Shown: piece after piece, positions 31,002 through 39,952 of the stretch
Numbering within the stretch: the first letter of the stretch is position 1
How the letters are laid out: the number at the start of each line of letters is the position of its first letter
The notes under the pieces: model-generated
What the model was told of the DNA's origin: nothing
Databases searched by the model: none
Seen by the model: only the letters and a program-made list of their open reading frames with translations
Made by a program: the position numbers and the translations under genes
Assembly: GCA_963794995.1 (NCBI GenBank)
Contig: CAWCFV010000002.1
Coordinates: 747,849-811,848 of the forward strand
Length of the DNA: 64,000 nt
Reading direction: 5' to 3'
Origin: an uncultured Actinomycetota bacterium
Lineage (GTDB): Bacteria > Actinomycetota > Actinomycetes > JACCUZ01

Positions 31002-32398
31002 GCCTGGCCGACCGCCTCGCCGCCGCCAAGCGCGAGCGCGGCGACACACCGTCGGAGGGCAGGCCCGGCGCCAACGAGGGCAGCTTCGTCTCCGCCGCGC
31101 CGCGGGCCCGCCGCAGCGTCGACCCGTTCGGCGACCTCAAGCGCACCGTCCACCAGACCCTGCTGGACAGCCTCGGACCCAAGCTCTACGACTCGCGGCT
31201 CACCCAGTCCGACCTGGAGCAGAAGGTCCGCCAGACGCTGCAGGAGGTGCTGGCGCAGGAGGAGACCCCGCTGACGGTCGTCGACCGCGCACGGATCGCC
31301 CAGGAGATCGCCGACGACATCCTGGGCTACGGGCCGCTGGAGCCCTACCTGCGCGACCCGGACATCACCGAGGTCATGGTCAACGGCTTCGACGCGATCT
31401 TCATCGAGCGCAGCGGCCGGGTGCACCCGGTCGAGGGCACCTTCACCGACGAGGCGCACCTCCGGCGCACCATCGACAAGATCGTGGCCCGGGTCGGTCG
31501 ACGCGTCGACGAGTCCAGCCCCATGGTCGACGCCCGCCTGCCCGACGGCAGCCGCGTGAACGCCGTCATCCCCCCACTGGCGATCGACGGCTCGCTGCTC
31601 ACGATCCGCAAGTTCTCCGCCGACCCGTACATGGTCGAGGACCTCATCGGCTTCGGCACGATGAGCCGCGGTGTGGCGGACTTCCTCGAGAAGTGCGTGC
31701 GCGGCAAGCTCAACATCCTCGTCGCAGGCGGTACCGGCGCCGGCAAGACCACCACGCTGAACGTCCTGTCGTCCTTCATCCCCGGCGACGAGCGCGTCAT
31801 CACCATCGAGGACGCCGCCGAGCTGCAGCTGCACCAGGAGCACGTCCTTCGCCTGGAGGCCCGCCCGCCCAACATCGAGGGACGCGGTGAGGTCAAGATC
31901 CGCGACCTCGTCCGCAACTCGCTTCGCATGCGGCCCGACCGCATCGTCGTCGGCGAGATCCGCGACGCCGCGGCACTGGACATGCTCCAGGCCATGAACA
32001 CCGGCCACGACGGCTCCATCTGCACCGTCCACGCCAACGCCCCGCGCGACGTGCTGTCCCGCGTCGAGACCATGGTGCTCATGGCGGGTGTCGACCTGCC
32101 CGTGCGCGCCATCCGCGAGCAGGTGTCCAGCGCCATCGACCTGATCGTGCAGCAGGCGCGCTTCAAGGACGGCACCCGGCACCTCACCCACGTCACCGAG
32201 GTGGTCGGCATGGAGGGTGAGGTCATCACCATGCAGGACCTGTTCCTCTTCGACCACACCGCCGGCTTCGACGAGGCCGGCCGAGCGCTGGGAACGCTGA
32301 AGTCGACCGGGCTCCGGCCGAAGTTCCTCGACAAGCTGGCTGCCTCCGGCGTCACGGTCGACCCGACGATCTTCGCGTTCGAGAAGTTCGGGCGATGA
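30998..32398 (+). CDS. cpaF: CpaF/TadA secretion ATPase (VirB11/T2SS-E family)
   Basis: Walker A NILVAGGTGAGKTTTLNVL. ...ITIEDAAELQL...RPDRIVVGEIRD...MNTGHDGSICTVHAN. Start overlaps the tadZ stop. Confidence 0.9.
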   Translation: MSLADRLAAAKRERGDTPSEGRPGANEGSFVSAAPRARRSVDPFGDLKRTVHQTLLDSLGPKLYDSRLTQSDLEQKVRQTLQEVLAQEETPLTVVDRARIAQEIADDILGYGPLEPYLRDPDITEVMVNGFDAIFIERSGRVHPVEGTFTDEAHLRRTIDKIVARVGRRVDESSPMVDARLPDGSRVNAVIPPLAIDGSLLTIRKFSADPYMVEDLIGFGTMSRGVADFLEKCVRGKLNILVAGGTGAGKTTTLNVLSSFIPGDERVITIEDAAELQLHQEHVLRLEARPPNIEGRGEVKIRDLVRNSLRMRPDRIVVGEIRDAAALDMLQAMNTGHDGSICTVHANAPRDVLSRVETMVLMAGVDLPVRAIREQVSSAIDLIVQQARFKDGTRHLTHVTEVVGMEGEVITMQDLFLFDHTAGFDEAGRALGTLKSTGLRPKFLDKLAASGVTVDPTIFAFEKFGR

Positions 32399-34398
32399 CC
32401 GGGGGCCGTCCCCTCGCCGCGCTCGCCCTTCTCGGCCTCGCGGGACTGCTGGCCCCGGCCGCGGCCGCGACCCCCAGCGCATCCCCCACCGCGACCCCGG
32501 CCGCCTCGTCCACCGGGGCCCCGGCCGCGGTGCCGTCAGGCAGCATCGCCCTGGCGACCCGCGACGACGGGCAGCTGCGGGTCGTGTTCCAGGCCGAGGG
32601 CCTTCCTCGGGGCACCACGATCGACCCCGCCAGCGTCACGGTCACGATCGGCGGCACGAGCATCGGCACTCTCGACGTGCAGCCGGTCGACGACGGCGAG
32701 CCGCTCGACCAGACCACGGTGCTGGCCATCGACACCAGCAAGAGCATGGGCCGGCTGGACAAGCTGGCCTCCGCCCAGAACGCGGCCAAGGAGTTCGTGG
32801 ACCTGCTCCCGGCCGACGTCATGGTCGGCCTGGTCACCTTCGCCGACGTCGTCGAGGCCCCGCTGGCACCCACCGGCGACCACGCGGCCGTCAAGGCCGC
32901 GATCGACGCCCTGCAGGTGAGCACGGTGACCGGGACCGCGTTGTTCGACGGTGCCGCGCGCGCGGTCGACCAGACCGGGGCCGGGGGTGTCCGCAGCGTG
33001 CTGCTGCTGTCCGACGGCAACGACTTCGGCACCAGCGCCACGACGCCCGACGCCGTCGTCGGCACGGCCACCGAGGCCGGCGTGCTGATCGACGCGGTCT
33101 ACATCGGCTCGTCCGCCGTCGCCCCGGACCCGCTCGCCGTCATGGTCGACGGCACCCGGGGCACGGTGGCGAAGGCCGGGACCGCCGACCTGTCAGCAGT
33201 GTTCCGGCAGGTCGCGCAGGACATCGCGACCCGCATCAGCATCTCTGCGACGCTGCCCGACGGGTTGCCCGACTCGGCCCAGGTGGTGGTCACGGCCCTC
33301 GCGGGTGACGTGCGGCTCGACGACAGCGTGACGTCCTTCGCGTCCGGGGAGCCCGCGCAGCCCCGGATCGTCGGGCCGAGGAGGGTGCCGGTCCCCTCGT
33401 CACTGTTCCCGGCCGCCGCCCTGCCCTTCCTGCTCGGAGCGATGTTCCTCGGCCTGCTCGTCATCGTCTACGTCGCGCTGGGCACCGTGCGCCGCGACGA
33501 GAAGCAGGGCCGGCTGCGGCGTCGGCTCTCGCTCTACACCCTCAGCGGGCGGACACCGGCGAAGCAGCAGCAGGACACCACGGTGCTGGGCAGCAGCCAG
33601 GTCGCCAGGTCGGCTGTCGAGCTCGCCGGCAAGGTCGTGGAGAAGCGCGACTTCGAGGGCGCGCTCTCCCTGCGCCTGGACGCGGCCGGCGTCCCGCTGC
33701 GGGCGGCGGAGTGGATGATCATCCATATCGGCGTCGCGATCTCGACCGCCTTCCTGCTCCTCCTCGTGTCCGGCGGAGCGCTGCTGCCGACCCTGCTCGG
33801 GCTGGCCCTCGGGCTGGGCCTGCCGTGGGCCTACCTGCGGACCAAGGAGACCCGTCGGACCTCGTCCTTCCTCGCGCAGCTGCCCGACACCCTCCAGATG
33901 GTGGCCGGCAGCCTGTCCGCCGGCTACTCGGTGCCGCAGGCGATGGACACCGTCGTGCGCGAGGGTCAGCAGCCGATCACGGGCGAGTTCAACCGGGCGT
34001 TGATCGAGGCCAGGCTCGGCGTGCCGATGGACGACGCTCTCGACGGCATCGCCGAGCGGATGCACAGCAAGGACTTCGCCTGGGTCGTCATGGCCATCCG
34101 GATCCAGCGTGACGTGGGTGGCAACCTCGCCGAGCTGCTCACCACCGTGGCCGCGACGCTTCGCGAACGGGAGACGCTGCGCCGCCAGGTCCGGGTGCTG
34201 TCCGCCGAGGGCCGGCTCTCGGCGTGGATCCTCGGTCTGCTCCCCCCGGTGTTCGCGCTGTACCTCGTGCTGGCCCAGCCGGACTACCTGCGGCCGCTGG
34301 TGACCCAGGCGATGGGCTGGCTGCTGCTCGGCGTCGGCGGGGTGCTGCTCGCGGTCGGTGCCCTGTGGATGCGCAAGGCCGTACGGGTGGAGGTCTAG
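32395..34398 (+). CDS. tadB: Fusion protein: signal peptide + extracytoplasmic von Willebrand factor A domain + TadB (T2SS-F) platform domain
   Basis: Signal peptide LAALALLGLAGLLAPAAAA. VWA MIDAS motif (LAIDTSKSMG ... LLSDGND). Then TM helices and a T2SS-F region (LPDTLQMVAGSLSAGYSVPQAMD...DALDGIAERM). Confidence 0.75.
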   Translation: MTGGRPLAALALLGLAGLLAPAAAATPSASPTATPAASSTGAPAAVPSGSIALATRDDGQLRVVFQAEGLPRGTTIDPASVTVTIGGTSIGTLDVQPVDDGEPLDQTTVLAIDTSKSMGRLDKLASAQNAAKEFVDLLPADVMVGLVTFADVVEAPLAPTGDHAAVKAAIDALQVSTVTGTALFDGAARAVDQTGAGGVRSVLLLSDGNDFGTSATTPDAVVGTATEAGVLIDAVYIGSSAVAPDPLAVMVDGTRGTVAKAGTADLSAVFRQVAQDIATRISISATLPDGLPDSAQVVVTALAGDVRLDDSVTSFASGEPAQPRIVGPRRVPVPSSLFPAAALPFLLGAMFLGLLVIVYVALGTVRRDEKQGRLRRRLSLYTLSGRTPAKQQQDTTVLGSSQVARSAVELAGKVVEKRDFEGALSLRLDAAGVPLRAAEWMIIHIGVAISTAFLLLLVSGGALLPTLLGLALGLGLPWAYLRTKETRRTSSFLAQLPDTLQMVAGSLSAGYSVPQAMDTVVREGQQPITGEFNRALIEARLGVPMDDALDGIAERMHSKDFAWVVMAIRIQRDVGGNLAELLTTVAATLRERETLRRQVRVLSAEGRLSAWILGLLPPVFALYLVLAQPDYLRPLVTQAMGWLLLGVGGVLLAVGALWMRKAVRVEV

Positions 34399-35343
34399 AT
34401 GCAGGCGGAGCTGCTCCTGGTGCTGGGCCTCGGTGGCATCTTCCTCGCCATCGCGATCGCCCTGGCCACCATGGGCGCCATCACGACCGAACGCCAGCAG
34501 GTCTCGCGGTCGCTCGCCGCCGTCGAGGCGGTCAGGGCCGCACCGCGGGAGATGCAGAACGAGCTCAGCAGGCCGTTCGGCGAGCGCGTCGTCGTCCCGA
34601 TGATGGCCCGGTTCACCCAGGTCGGCCGACGGCTCACCGCGGGCGACCAGGTGGCCCGGATCAGGCACCGGCTGCAGCTGGCGGGCAACCCGCCGCAGTG
34701 GGACGTGGACCGCGTCATCGCGTTCAAGATGCTCGGGCTGCTCGGCGGCCTGGCGCTGGGCATCGCCCTGCCCGTCCTGCTGGGCACCGGCGTCCTGCCC
34801 GTGCTGGGCTTCGCGTTGATCTTCTCCGTGGTCGGCTTCTTCGGGCCGAACATGGCCATCTACCAGCTTGGCTACAACCGCCGCGAGCAGATCCGGCGGG
34901 AGCTGCCCGACGCCATGGACCTGCTGACGATCTCCGTCGAGGCCGGACTGGCGTTCGACTCCGCGCTCTCCCAGGTGGCGCGCAACACGACCGGTCCGCT
35001 GGCCGAGGAGTTCTTCCGGGTGCTCCAGGAGATGCAGATCGGCCTCGGCCGGATCGAGGCGCTGCGGGCCCTCGGCGAGCGGTCGGACCTGCCCGAGCTC
35101 CGTGGGTTCATCACCTCGATGGTGCAGGCCGACGCGTTCGGCATCCCCATCGCGGCCGTCCTGCGGGTCCAGGCGAAGGAGATGCGCACCAAGCGGCGCC
35201 AGCGCGCCGAGGAGCTGGCGCAGAAGGTGCCGGTCAAGATCCTGTTCCCGCTGATCTTCTGCATCCTGCCGTCGCTGTTCGTCGTGATCCTCGGCCCGGC
35301 AGCCATCACGATCTTCCAGTCGTTCAGCGGGCGCCTCGGCTGA
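34399..35343 (+). CDS. tadC: TadC (T2SS-F family platform protein)
   Basis: ELPDAMDLLTISVEAGLAFDSALSQVARNT...FITSMVQADAFGIPIAAVLRVQAKEMR, a T2SS-F signature. Confidence 0.8.
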   Translation: MQAELLLVLGLGGIFLAIAIALATMGAITTERQQVSRSLAAVEAVRAAPREMQNELSRPFGERVVVPMMARFTQVGRRLTAGDQVARIRHRLQLAGNPPQWDVDRVIAFKMLGLLGGLALGIALPVLLGTGVLPVLGFALIFSVVGFFGPNMAIYQLGYNRREQIRRELPDAMDLLTISVEAGLAFDSALSQVARNTTGPLAEEFFRVLQEMQIGLGRIEALRALGERSDLPELRGFITSMVQADAFGIPIAAVLRVQAKEMRTKRRQRAEELAQKVPVKILFPLIFCILPSLFVVILGPAAITIFQSFSGRLG

Positions 35344-35436
35344 CCGGGCGCGGGCGGCACCGGGACGACACGCCCGGCGAGGGCGATCCCCCCGAGAACC
35401 GGGCCTGCGCCCGCCCGCTGTGACAGCGTCGCGCCC

Positions 35437-37038
35437 ATGGCTGTGTCGACCCTGAAGGCGCTGCGGCTGGACCAGCGCGTGGTCCTCGCCGTCCGGGGCA
35501 GCCTGCTCCTCGTCGGGTGCGTCCTCGCTCTCGTCCAGCGTCGCGAGCCGGCCGACGTCGCCTCGGTGGTGCTGCTCGTCGCGGTGGCGGTGGCCGCCAC
35601 CGCCCCCCTGCCCCGGGCCTGGCAGCAGGCGGCGCCGTTCCAGCCGGTCGCCGAAGCGGTGCTGGCCTGCTGCGTGATGCTCCTCGTCGAGCCGCTTCCG
35701 GAGACCCTGCTGCCCTACCTCCTCGCCCCGGCCCTGGCGGCGGGGCTGTGGGGCGGGGTGCGCACCGCGGTGACCGCCGCCGGCCTCGGTGCACTCGTGC
35801 TCATGCTCGGCAAGCTGCTGGGTGACGAGCCGCTGTCCTGGACCAGCTACCTCGGGCTGGTGAGCAGGTGGGCGCTGATCACGCTCGCGGTGGGGCTGCT
35901 CGGCGCCTGGGTCGGACGGCTGCAGACCGCCGGAGCCGCGCAGACGGAGAACGTCGCCTATGCCGCCGCGTACCGGCTGATCTCGCAGCTGAGGCTGGTC
36001 GCCCGCCAGCTCTCCGGCGGGCTCGACCCGGTCAGCCTCGGCCAGCAGATGCTCGAGCAGGTGAACCGCGCGGCCCCCTTCGACCGCGGCGCGGTCTACG
36101 TGCGCTCCAGCGGCAGCCGGCTCTCCCCGGTCACCTTCCTCGGTGCCGACCGGCTCGAGTGGGACGTCGAGAACCCGTTGTTCGACGAGGCGTGGGCCTC
36201 CAGCACCGTGATGCGCTCGGCGCACCCGCTGACGAGTGGGGGCACCGGCTGCTCGGCCGTGCTGCCGCTTCGGATCGGTCTGCGGACCTTCGGCCTGATC
36301 GCTGTCGAGCGCTCCGGCGCCGCCGCACAGTTCGAGCAGGCTCAGCTCGAGGCAGCCGAGAGCGTGCTCGAGGAGCTCGGCCTACGGCTCGAGACCGCGC
36401 TGCTGTTCAGCGAGGTCCGCAGCCTCGCCACCGCCGAGGAGCGCCGCCGCCTGGCGCGCGAGATCCACGACGGCATCGCCCAGGAGCTGGCGTCGATGGG
36501 CTACATCGTCGACGACCTCGCCGCGCGCGCCCGCTACCTGCCCGACCTCGAGGCCGACCTCAAGACTCTGCGCGGCGAGCTGACCCGGGTGATCAGCGAG
36601 CTGCGCCTGTCGATCTTCGACCTGCGCAGCGAGGTGCAGACCACGACAGGCCTCGGCACCGCCCTGTCGGACTACGTGCGCCAGGTGGGCGCCAGCTCGA
36701 ACCTCACCGTGCACCTGGTGCTCGACGAGACACCGGTACGGCTCCCGGTCGACTCCGAGACCGAGCTGCTGCGCATCGCGCAGGAGGCCGTGACCAACGC
36801 CCGCAAGCACGCCAACGCCCACAACCTGTGGGTCACCTGCCGGATCGACCCGCCGAGCGCCTACCTCGCGGTGTCCGACGACGGAGCGGGGCTCGGCACC
36901 CCCCGCAACGACAGCTTCGGCCTCGAGGTCATGCGCGAGCGGGCCGAGCGGATCGGGGCCCGGCTCGCCGTGGGGAACCGCCCGGAGGGCGGCACGACGG
37001 TCGAGGTGACGCTAGGTAGCCCCCGGTTCGCCGACTAG
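35437..37038 (+). CDS. Sensor histidine kinase (multi-TM N-term, GAF-like middle, HisKA_3 + HATPase_c)
   Basis: H-box LAREIHDGIAQELASMGY. ATPase ...EAVTNARKHANAHNLWVTCRIDPPSAYLAVSDDGAGLG...GLEVMRERAERIGARL. Confidence 0.75.
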   Translation: MAVSTLKALRLDQRVVLAVRGSLLLVGCVLALVQRREPADVASVVLLVAVAVAATAPLPRAWQQAAPFQPVAEAVLACCVMLLVEPLPETLLPYLLAPALAAGLWGGVRTAVTAAGLGALVLMLGKLLGDEPLSWTSYLGLVSRWALITLAVGLLGAWVGRLQTAGAAQTENVAYAAAYRLISQLRLVARQLSGGLDPVSLGQQMLEQVNRAAPFDRGAVYVRSSGSRLSPVTFLGADRLEWDVENPLFDEAWASSTVMRSAHPLTSGGTGCSAVLPLRIGLRTFGLIAVERSGAAAQFEQAQLEAAESVLEELGLRLETALLFSEVRSLATAEERRRLAREIHDGIAQELASMGYIVDDLAARARYLPDLEADLKTLRGELTRVISELRLSIFDLRSEVQTTTGLGTALSDYVRQVGASSNLTVHLVLDETPVRLPVDSETELLRIAQEAVTNARKHANAHNLWVTCRIDPPSAYLAVSDDGAGLGTPRNDSFGLEVMRERAERIGARLAVGNRPEGGTTVEVTLGSPRFAD

Positions 37039-37039
37039 G

Positions 37040-37693
37040 GTGACGCACGTGTCCACCACCGTCGTGCTGGTCGATGACCACGAGCTGATCCGACAGGGCC
37101 TGCGTCGCGCCTTCGAGCGCACCGGCGACTTCAGCGTCGTCGGCGAGGCCGGAAGTGTCGCCGAGGCGCTGGAGGTCATCGCGTCGACCGAGCCGGACGT
37201 CGTGATCTTCGACGTGCGGCTGCCCGACGGCAGCGGGCTCGACGCGGCCAAGAAGATCCGCGAGGGCTTCCCCACCATGGGCATCGTGGTCCTGACGATG
37301 TACGCCGGCGACGAGCAGCTGTTCGGCGCGCTCGAGGCCGGCGCCTCCGCCTTCGTCCCGAAGGACGCCCCGGCGGACGACGTGATCTCCGCAGCCCGGC
37401 ACGCCGCGGTCTCGCCGCGCGCCTTCACCGCGAACGACCTGGCCGGCGCCATGCAGCGTCGGCTCACCCCCTCCGGCCCGCAGCTCAGCCCGCGCGAGCG
37501 TGAGGTGCTCACCCTGCTGGCCGACGGCCTCGGCGTGGCGGCGATCTCCAAGCAGCTCTACATCAGCGAGTCGACCACCAAGACCCACATCTCCAAGGTC
37601 TACGAGAAGCTCGGGGCGGCCAACCGTGCGCAGGCCCTGATGACCGCGATGCGGCTCGGCCTGATCAAGAATCCGGCGGAACCCGGCTACTGA
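37040..37693 (+). CDS. NarL/LuxR-family response regulator
   Basis: Receiver VVLVDDHELIRQGL...VVIFDVRLPDGSG. LuxR HTH LSPREREVLTLLADGLGVAAISKQLYISESTTKTHISKVYEKL. Confidence 0.85.
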   Translation: MTHVSTTVVLVDDHELIRQGLRRAFERTGDFSVVGEAGSVAEALEVIASTEPDVVIFDVRLPDGSGLDAAKKIREGFPTMGIVVLTMYAGDEQLFGALEAGASAFVPKDAPADDVISAARHAAVSPRAFTANDLAGAMQRRLTPSGPQLSPREREVLTLLADGLGVAAISKQLYISESTTKTHISKVYEKLGAANRAQALMTAMRLGLIKNPAEPGY

Positions 37694-37699
37694 CCCCAC

Positions 37700-37869
37700 C
37701 CCCGCGGCAGTTCTTTGCCAAGATTTGGGGTCAGCCGTTCGTACCATCTACGTCGATCCGGACGAGCCATGCGCGAAGAATGTGCCACGGTCGATCATTG
37801 GTAGTGCACCGCTCGGGCTCGCGTGGGTCCCGGCACCGTCGTCACGGGCCATAACCGGAGGAAAAGCAC
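37700..37869. promoter_or_regulatory. Relatively AT-rich intergenic region upstream of the flp pilin genes (probable strong promoter region)
   Basis: GC content drops visibly (e.g. ttctttgccaagatttgggg...cgaagaatgtgccacggtcgatcattggtag). Contains a TTGCCA -35-like hexamer. Ends in the AGGAAAAGCACATG RBS/start of flp1. Confidence 0.3.
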
Positions 37870-38064
37870 ATGCTCGCCTACATCCGCAAGGTGACCGCCG
37901 AGAAGGACAGCGGCGCGTCTGCCGTGGAGTACGGCCTCCTCGTCGCTGCCATCGCCGCGCTCATCGTCATCATCGTCTTCGCGCTCGGCGGCCTCGTCCG
38001 GGACGTGTTCAAGGACACCTGCTCGAAGATCGACGCGCAGTCCTCGGCCAGCGCCAGCTGCTGA
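37870..38064 (+). CDS. flp: Flp/Fap family type IVc pilin (prepilin)
   Basis: 64 aa. Leader + G/ASAVEYGLLVAAIAALIVIIVFALGG, the G/XXXXEY Flp processing motif and hydrophobic stem. C-terminal tail KDTCSKIDAQSSASASC. Confidence 0.8.
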   Translation: MLAYIRKVTAEKDSGASAVEYGLLVAAIAALIVIIVFALGGLVRDVFKDTCSKIDAQSSASASC

Positions 38065-38070
38065 CCGACG

Positions 38071-38103
38071 CCGGGTGGTGGTCGCGCGGCGGCCACCACC
38101 GGG
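38071..38103. terminator. Imperfect hairpin between flp1 and flp2 (possible intra-operon attenuator)
   Basis: CCGGGTGGTGG-tcgcgcggcgg-CCACCACCGGG: 11-bp arms with one mismatch and an 11-nt loop, read directly. Confidence 0.3.
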
Positions 38104-38127
38104 TGAGCAGACGAAGGACGTGACGGA

Positions 38128-38301
38128 TTGCCCTCGCGCGACGACCGCGGTGCCTCGAGCGTCGAGTACGCCTTGCTGCTCACGGCCATCGCCGCGGTGA
38201 TCGTCATCGCCGTCTTCGCGCTCGGCGGCACGGTGCGGGCGATGTTCACGGACACGTGCTCCCAGATCCAGTCCCAGGTCCCCTCCGCCACCAGCTGCTA
38301 G
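38128..38301 (+). CDS. flp: Second Flp family pilin (TTG start inferred)
   Basis: LPSRDDRG/ASSVEYALLLTAIAAVIVIAVFALGGTVRAMFTDTCSQIQSQVPSATSC, same architecture as flp1. AAGGA RBS 9 nt upstream of the TTG. No in-frame ATG/GTG upstream before the stop at 38104. Confidence 0.6.
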   Translation: MPSRDDRGASSVEYALLLTAIAAVIVIAVFALGGTVRAMFTDTCSQIQSQVPSATSC

Positions 38302-38303
38302 TC

Positions 38304-39950
38304 GTGGCAACCGGCCCGCAGCTCGTCACCCCGACAGCTCCCGCGGCGGCCAGCGGGCCGGCCGGACAGAGCAGCACCCGGCTGGGCTGGTCCTCCCTGC
38401 TGGTCGTGCTCGGCGTCTCGGCGGCGCTGTCGCTGCTCCTCGGGCAGGACGCCAACGGCGACCAACGCCTGGCGCACGTGCCCGCCGTCTGGCTCGCCCT
38501 GCACCCCGGACTCGACCCCCTGCTCAGCCCCGGGTCGTACTCCGGCCTGTTCCCCAGCACCTGGAACATCCCGTGGTTCCTGCTGACCCAGCATGCGCCC
38601 GCCTGGGTCGCCGTCGTCTACCTGGGGGTCCTGCACGGCGTGGCCGTGTGGCTGTCCGCGGCGATCACCTGGACCCTGCTCCGAGCCACGTCCCGTGGGC
38701 TGCGCCTCGGGCTCACCTGCCTTGCGACCTTGTTCGCCTTCATCGCCCCCGCGACCCTTGCCGAGTTCGGCACCACGTTCGGCGACATCGCTACCGCCGT
38801 TCCGATCCAGGCCGCGTTGCTGGTGTACCTGCGCAGGCCGGAGCACGAACCGGTGGCCCGTGGTCGAGCGCTCCTCGTCGGGCTCCTCGTCGGGACCGCC
38901 TTCGGCCTCAAGTTCACCAACGTGACCGCGGTGGTCGCCCTTGTCGTCGCCGTCGCCGCGGTCGAGGTCCGGTACCGCAACCTGGTCCGATCAGGTGCGG
39001 CTCTCGCGCTCGGGACCGCTCTGGGCACGCTCGCCGGAGCGGGGTGGTGGGGCTGGCTGATGTGGGACCGCTTCGGCAACCCCCTCTTCCCTCTGTACAA
39101 CGGCATCTTCCGCTCGCCCTTCCTCCCGGCCGTCAACCCCCATGACCCGCACTTCATGGACCTGTCGTGGCTCGAGCGCCTGTCGATGCCGCTGCGGATG
39201 CTGTCGCTCGAGACGTACCCGAGCGAGTGGTGGGGCAGGGATGCCCGCTGGTTCCTGCTCGCGCTGCTTGCCGCCGCGGTGGTGGCCCACCGCCTCGTCC
39301 TGCGGCGTCGCGACCGAGGAGCAGCACGACCCGGGATCGTCAGCAGTGACCATCGGCGCCTCGTGCTCGTCTACGTGGCCACCGGGTGGGTGGTCTGGCT
39401 GGCGCTGTTCGACATCGCCCGCTACCTGGTGGCCTTCGAGCTCCTGAGCGGCGCCCTGCTCGTGCTGCTCGTCGACTTCTTCCCGCTCCCGAAGGTCCGC
39501 GTCCTCCTCGCCGTCGCCATGGCCTGCATCATCACGGCTGCAGCGGTCGCCGTCCCCGGCTGGACCCGACGCGACAACCAGGGCGACTGGTTCGCGTTCT
39601 CGCCGAACAGCCTGGTCGAGCAGCCGGACCTGCTCGTGGTCTATCCCGGCACCGGCATGCTCAACTTCACGGTGATCGCGCTACCGCCCGACGCAGTCTC
39701 GGTCCGGGTGCCGGCCGCCTTCGGCGACCCGCGCAGCGACTGGCCGTCCCCCTGGCAGGGTGACCGTGAGATCACCGACCTGGTGGCCGAGCACGACGGG
39801 CCGGTCGTCTCCGTCAGCTGGCGGTCGCAGTTCCGCCTGGTGACGCGAAACGCGACGCGGTACGGCTTCGCCGTGGACCGCAAGGAGTGCCGGCCCTGGC
39901 GCAACAAGTTCGACACCGCCCTGGTCTGCCCGTGGGTGCGCCGGCGTTGA
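38304..39950 (+). CDS. GT-C fold membrane glycosyltransferase, GT87/DUF2029-like (polyprenyl-phosphate-sugar dependent, mannosyltransferase-like)
   Basis: ~11 TM segments with conserved loop motifs (NIPWFLL, FGLKFTN, WDRFGNPLFPLYNGIFRSP, ARYLVAFELL). Paralog of the next gene. The GTG starts 2 bp after the flp2 stop. Confidence 0.6.
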   Translation: MATGPQLVTPTAPAAASGPAGQSSTRLGWSSLLVVLGVSAALSLLLGQDANGDQRLAHVPAVWLALHPGLDPLLSPGSYSGLFPSTWNIPWFLLTQHAPAWVAVVYLGVLHGVAVWLSAAITWTLLRATSRGLRLGLTCLATLFAFIAPATLAEFGTTFGDIATAVPIQAALLVYLRRPEHEPVARGRALLVGLLVGTAFGLKFTNVTAVVALVVAVAAVEVRYRNLVRSGAALALGTALGTLAGAGWWGWLMWDRFGNPLFPLYNGIFRSPFLPAVNPHDPHFMDLSWLERLSMPLRMLSLETYPSEWWGRDARWFLLALLAAAVVAHRLVLRRRDRGAARPGIVSSDHRRLVLVYVATGWVVWLALFDIARYLVAFELLSGALLVLLVDFFPLPKVRVLLAVAMACIITAAAVAVPGWTRRDNQGDWFAFSPNSLVEQPDLLVVYPGTGMLNFTVIALPPDAVSVRVPAAFGDPRSDWPSPWQGDREITDLVAEHDGPVVSVSWRSQFRLVTRNATRYGFAVDRKECRPWRNKFDTALVCPWVRRR

Positions 39951-39952
39951 GC

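Noticed and set aside
33400-36225. 941-aa minus-strand ORF across tadB/tadC/HK
   Set aside because: Antisense to three recognisable plus-strand genes. No motifs.
37725-38123. 132-aa +strand ORF overlapping flp1 in another frame
   Set aside because: The flp1 frame gives a canonical Flp prepilin with RBS. The overlapping frame is Arg/His-rich with no features.
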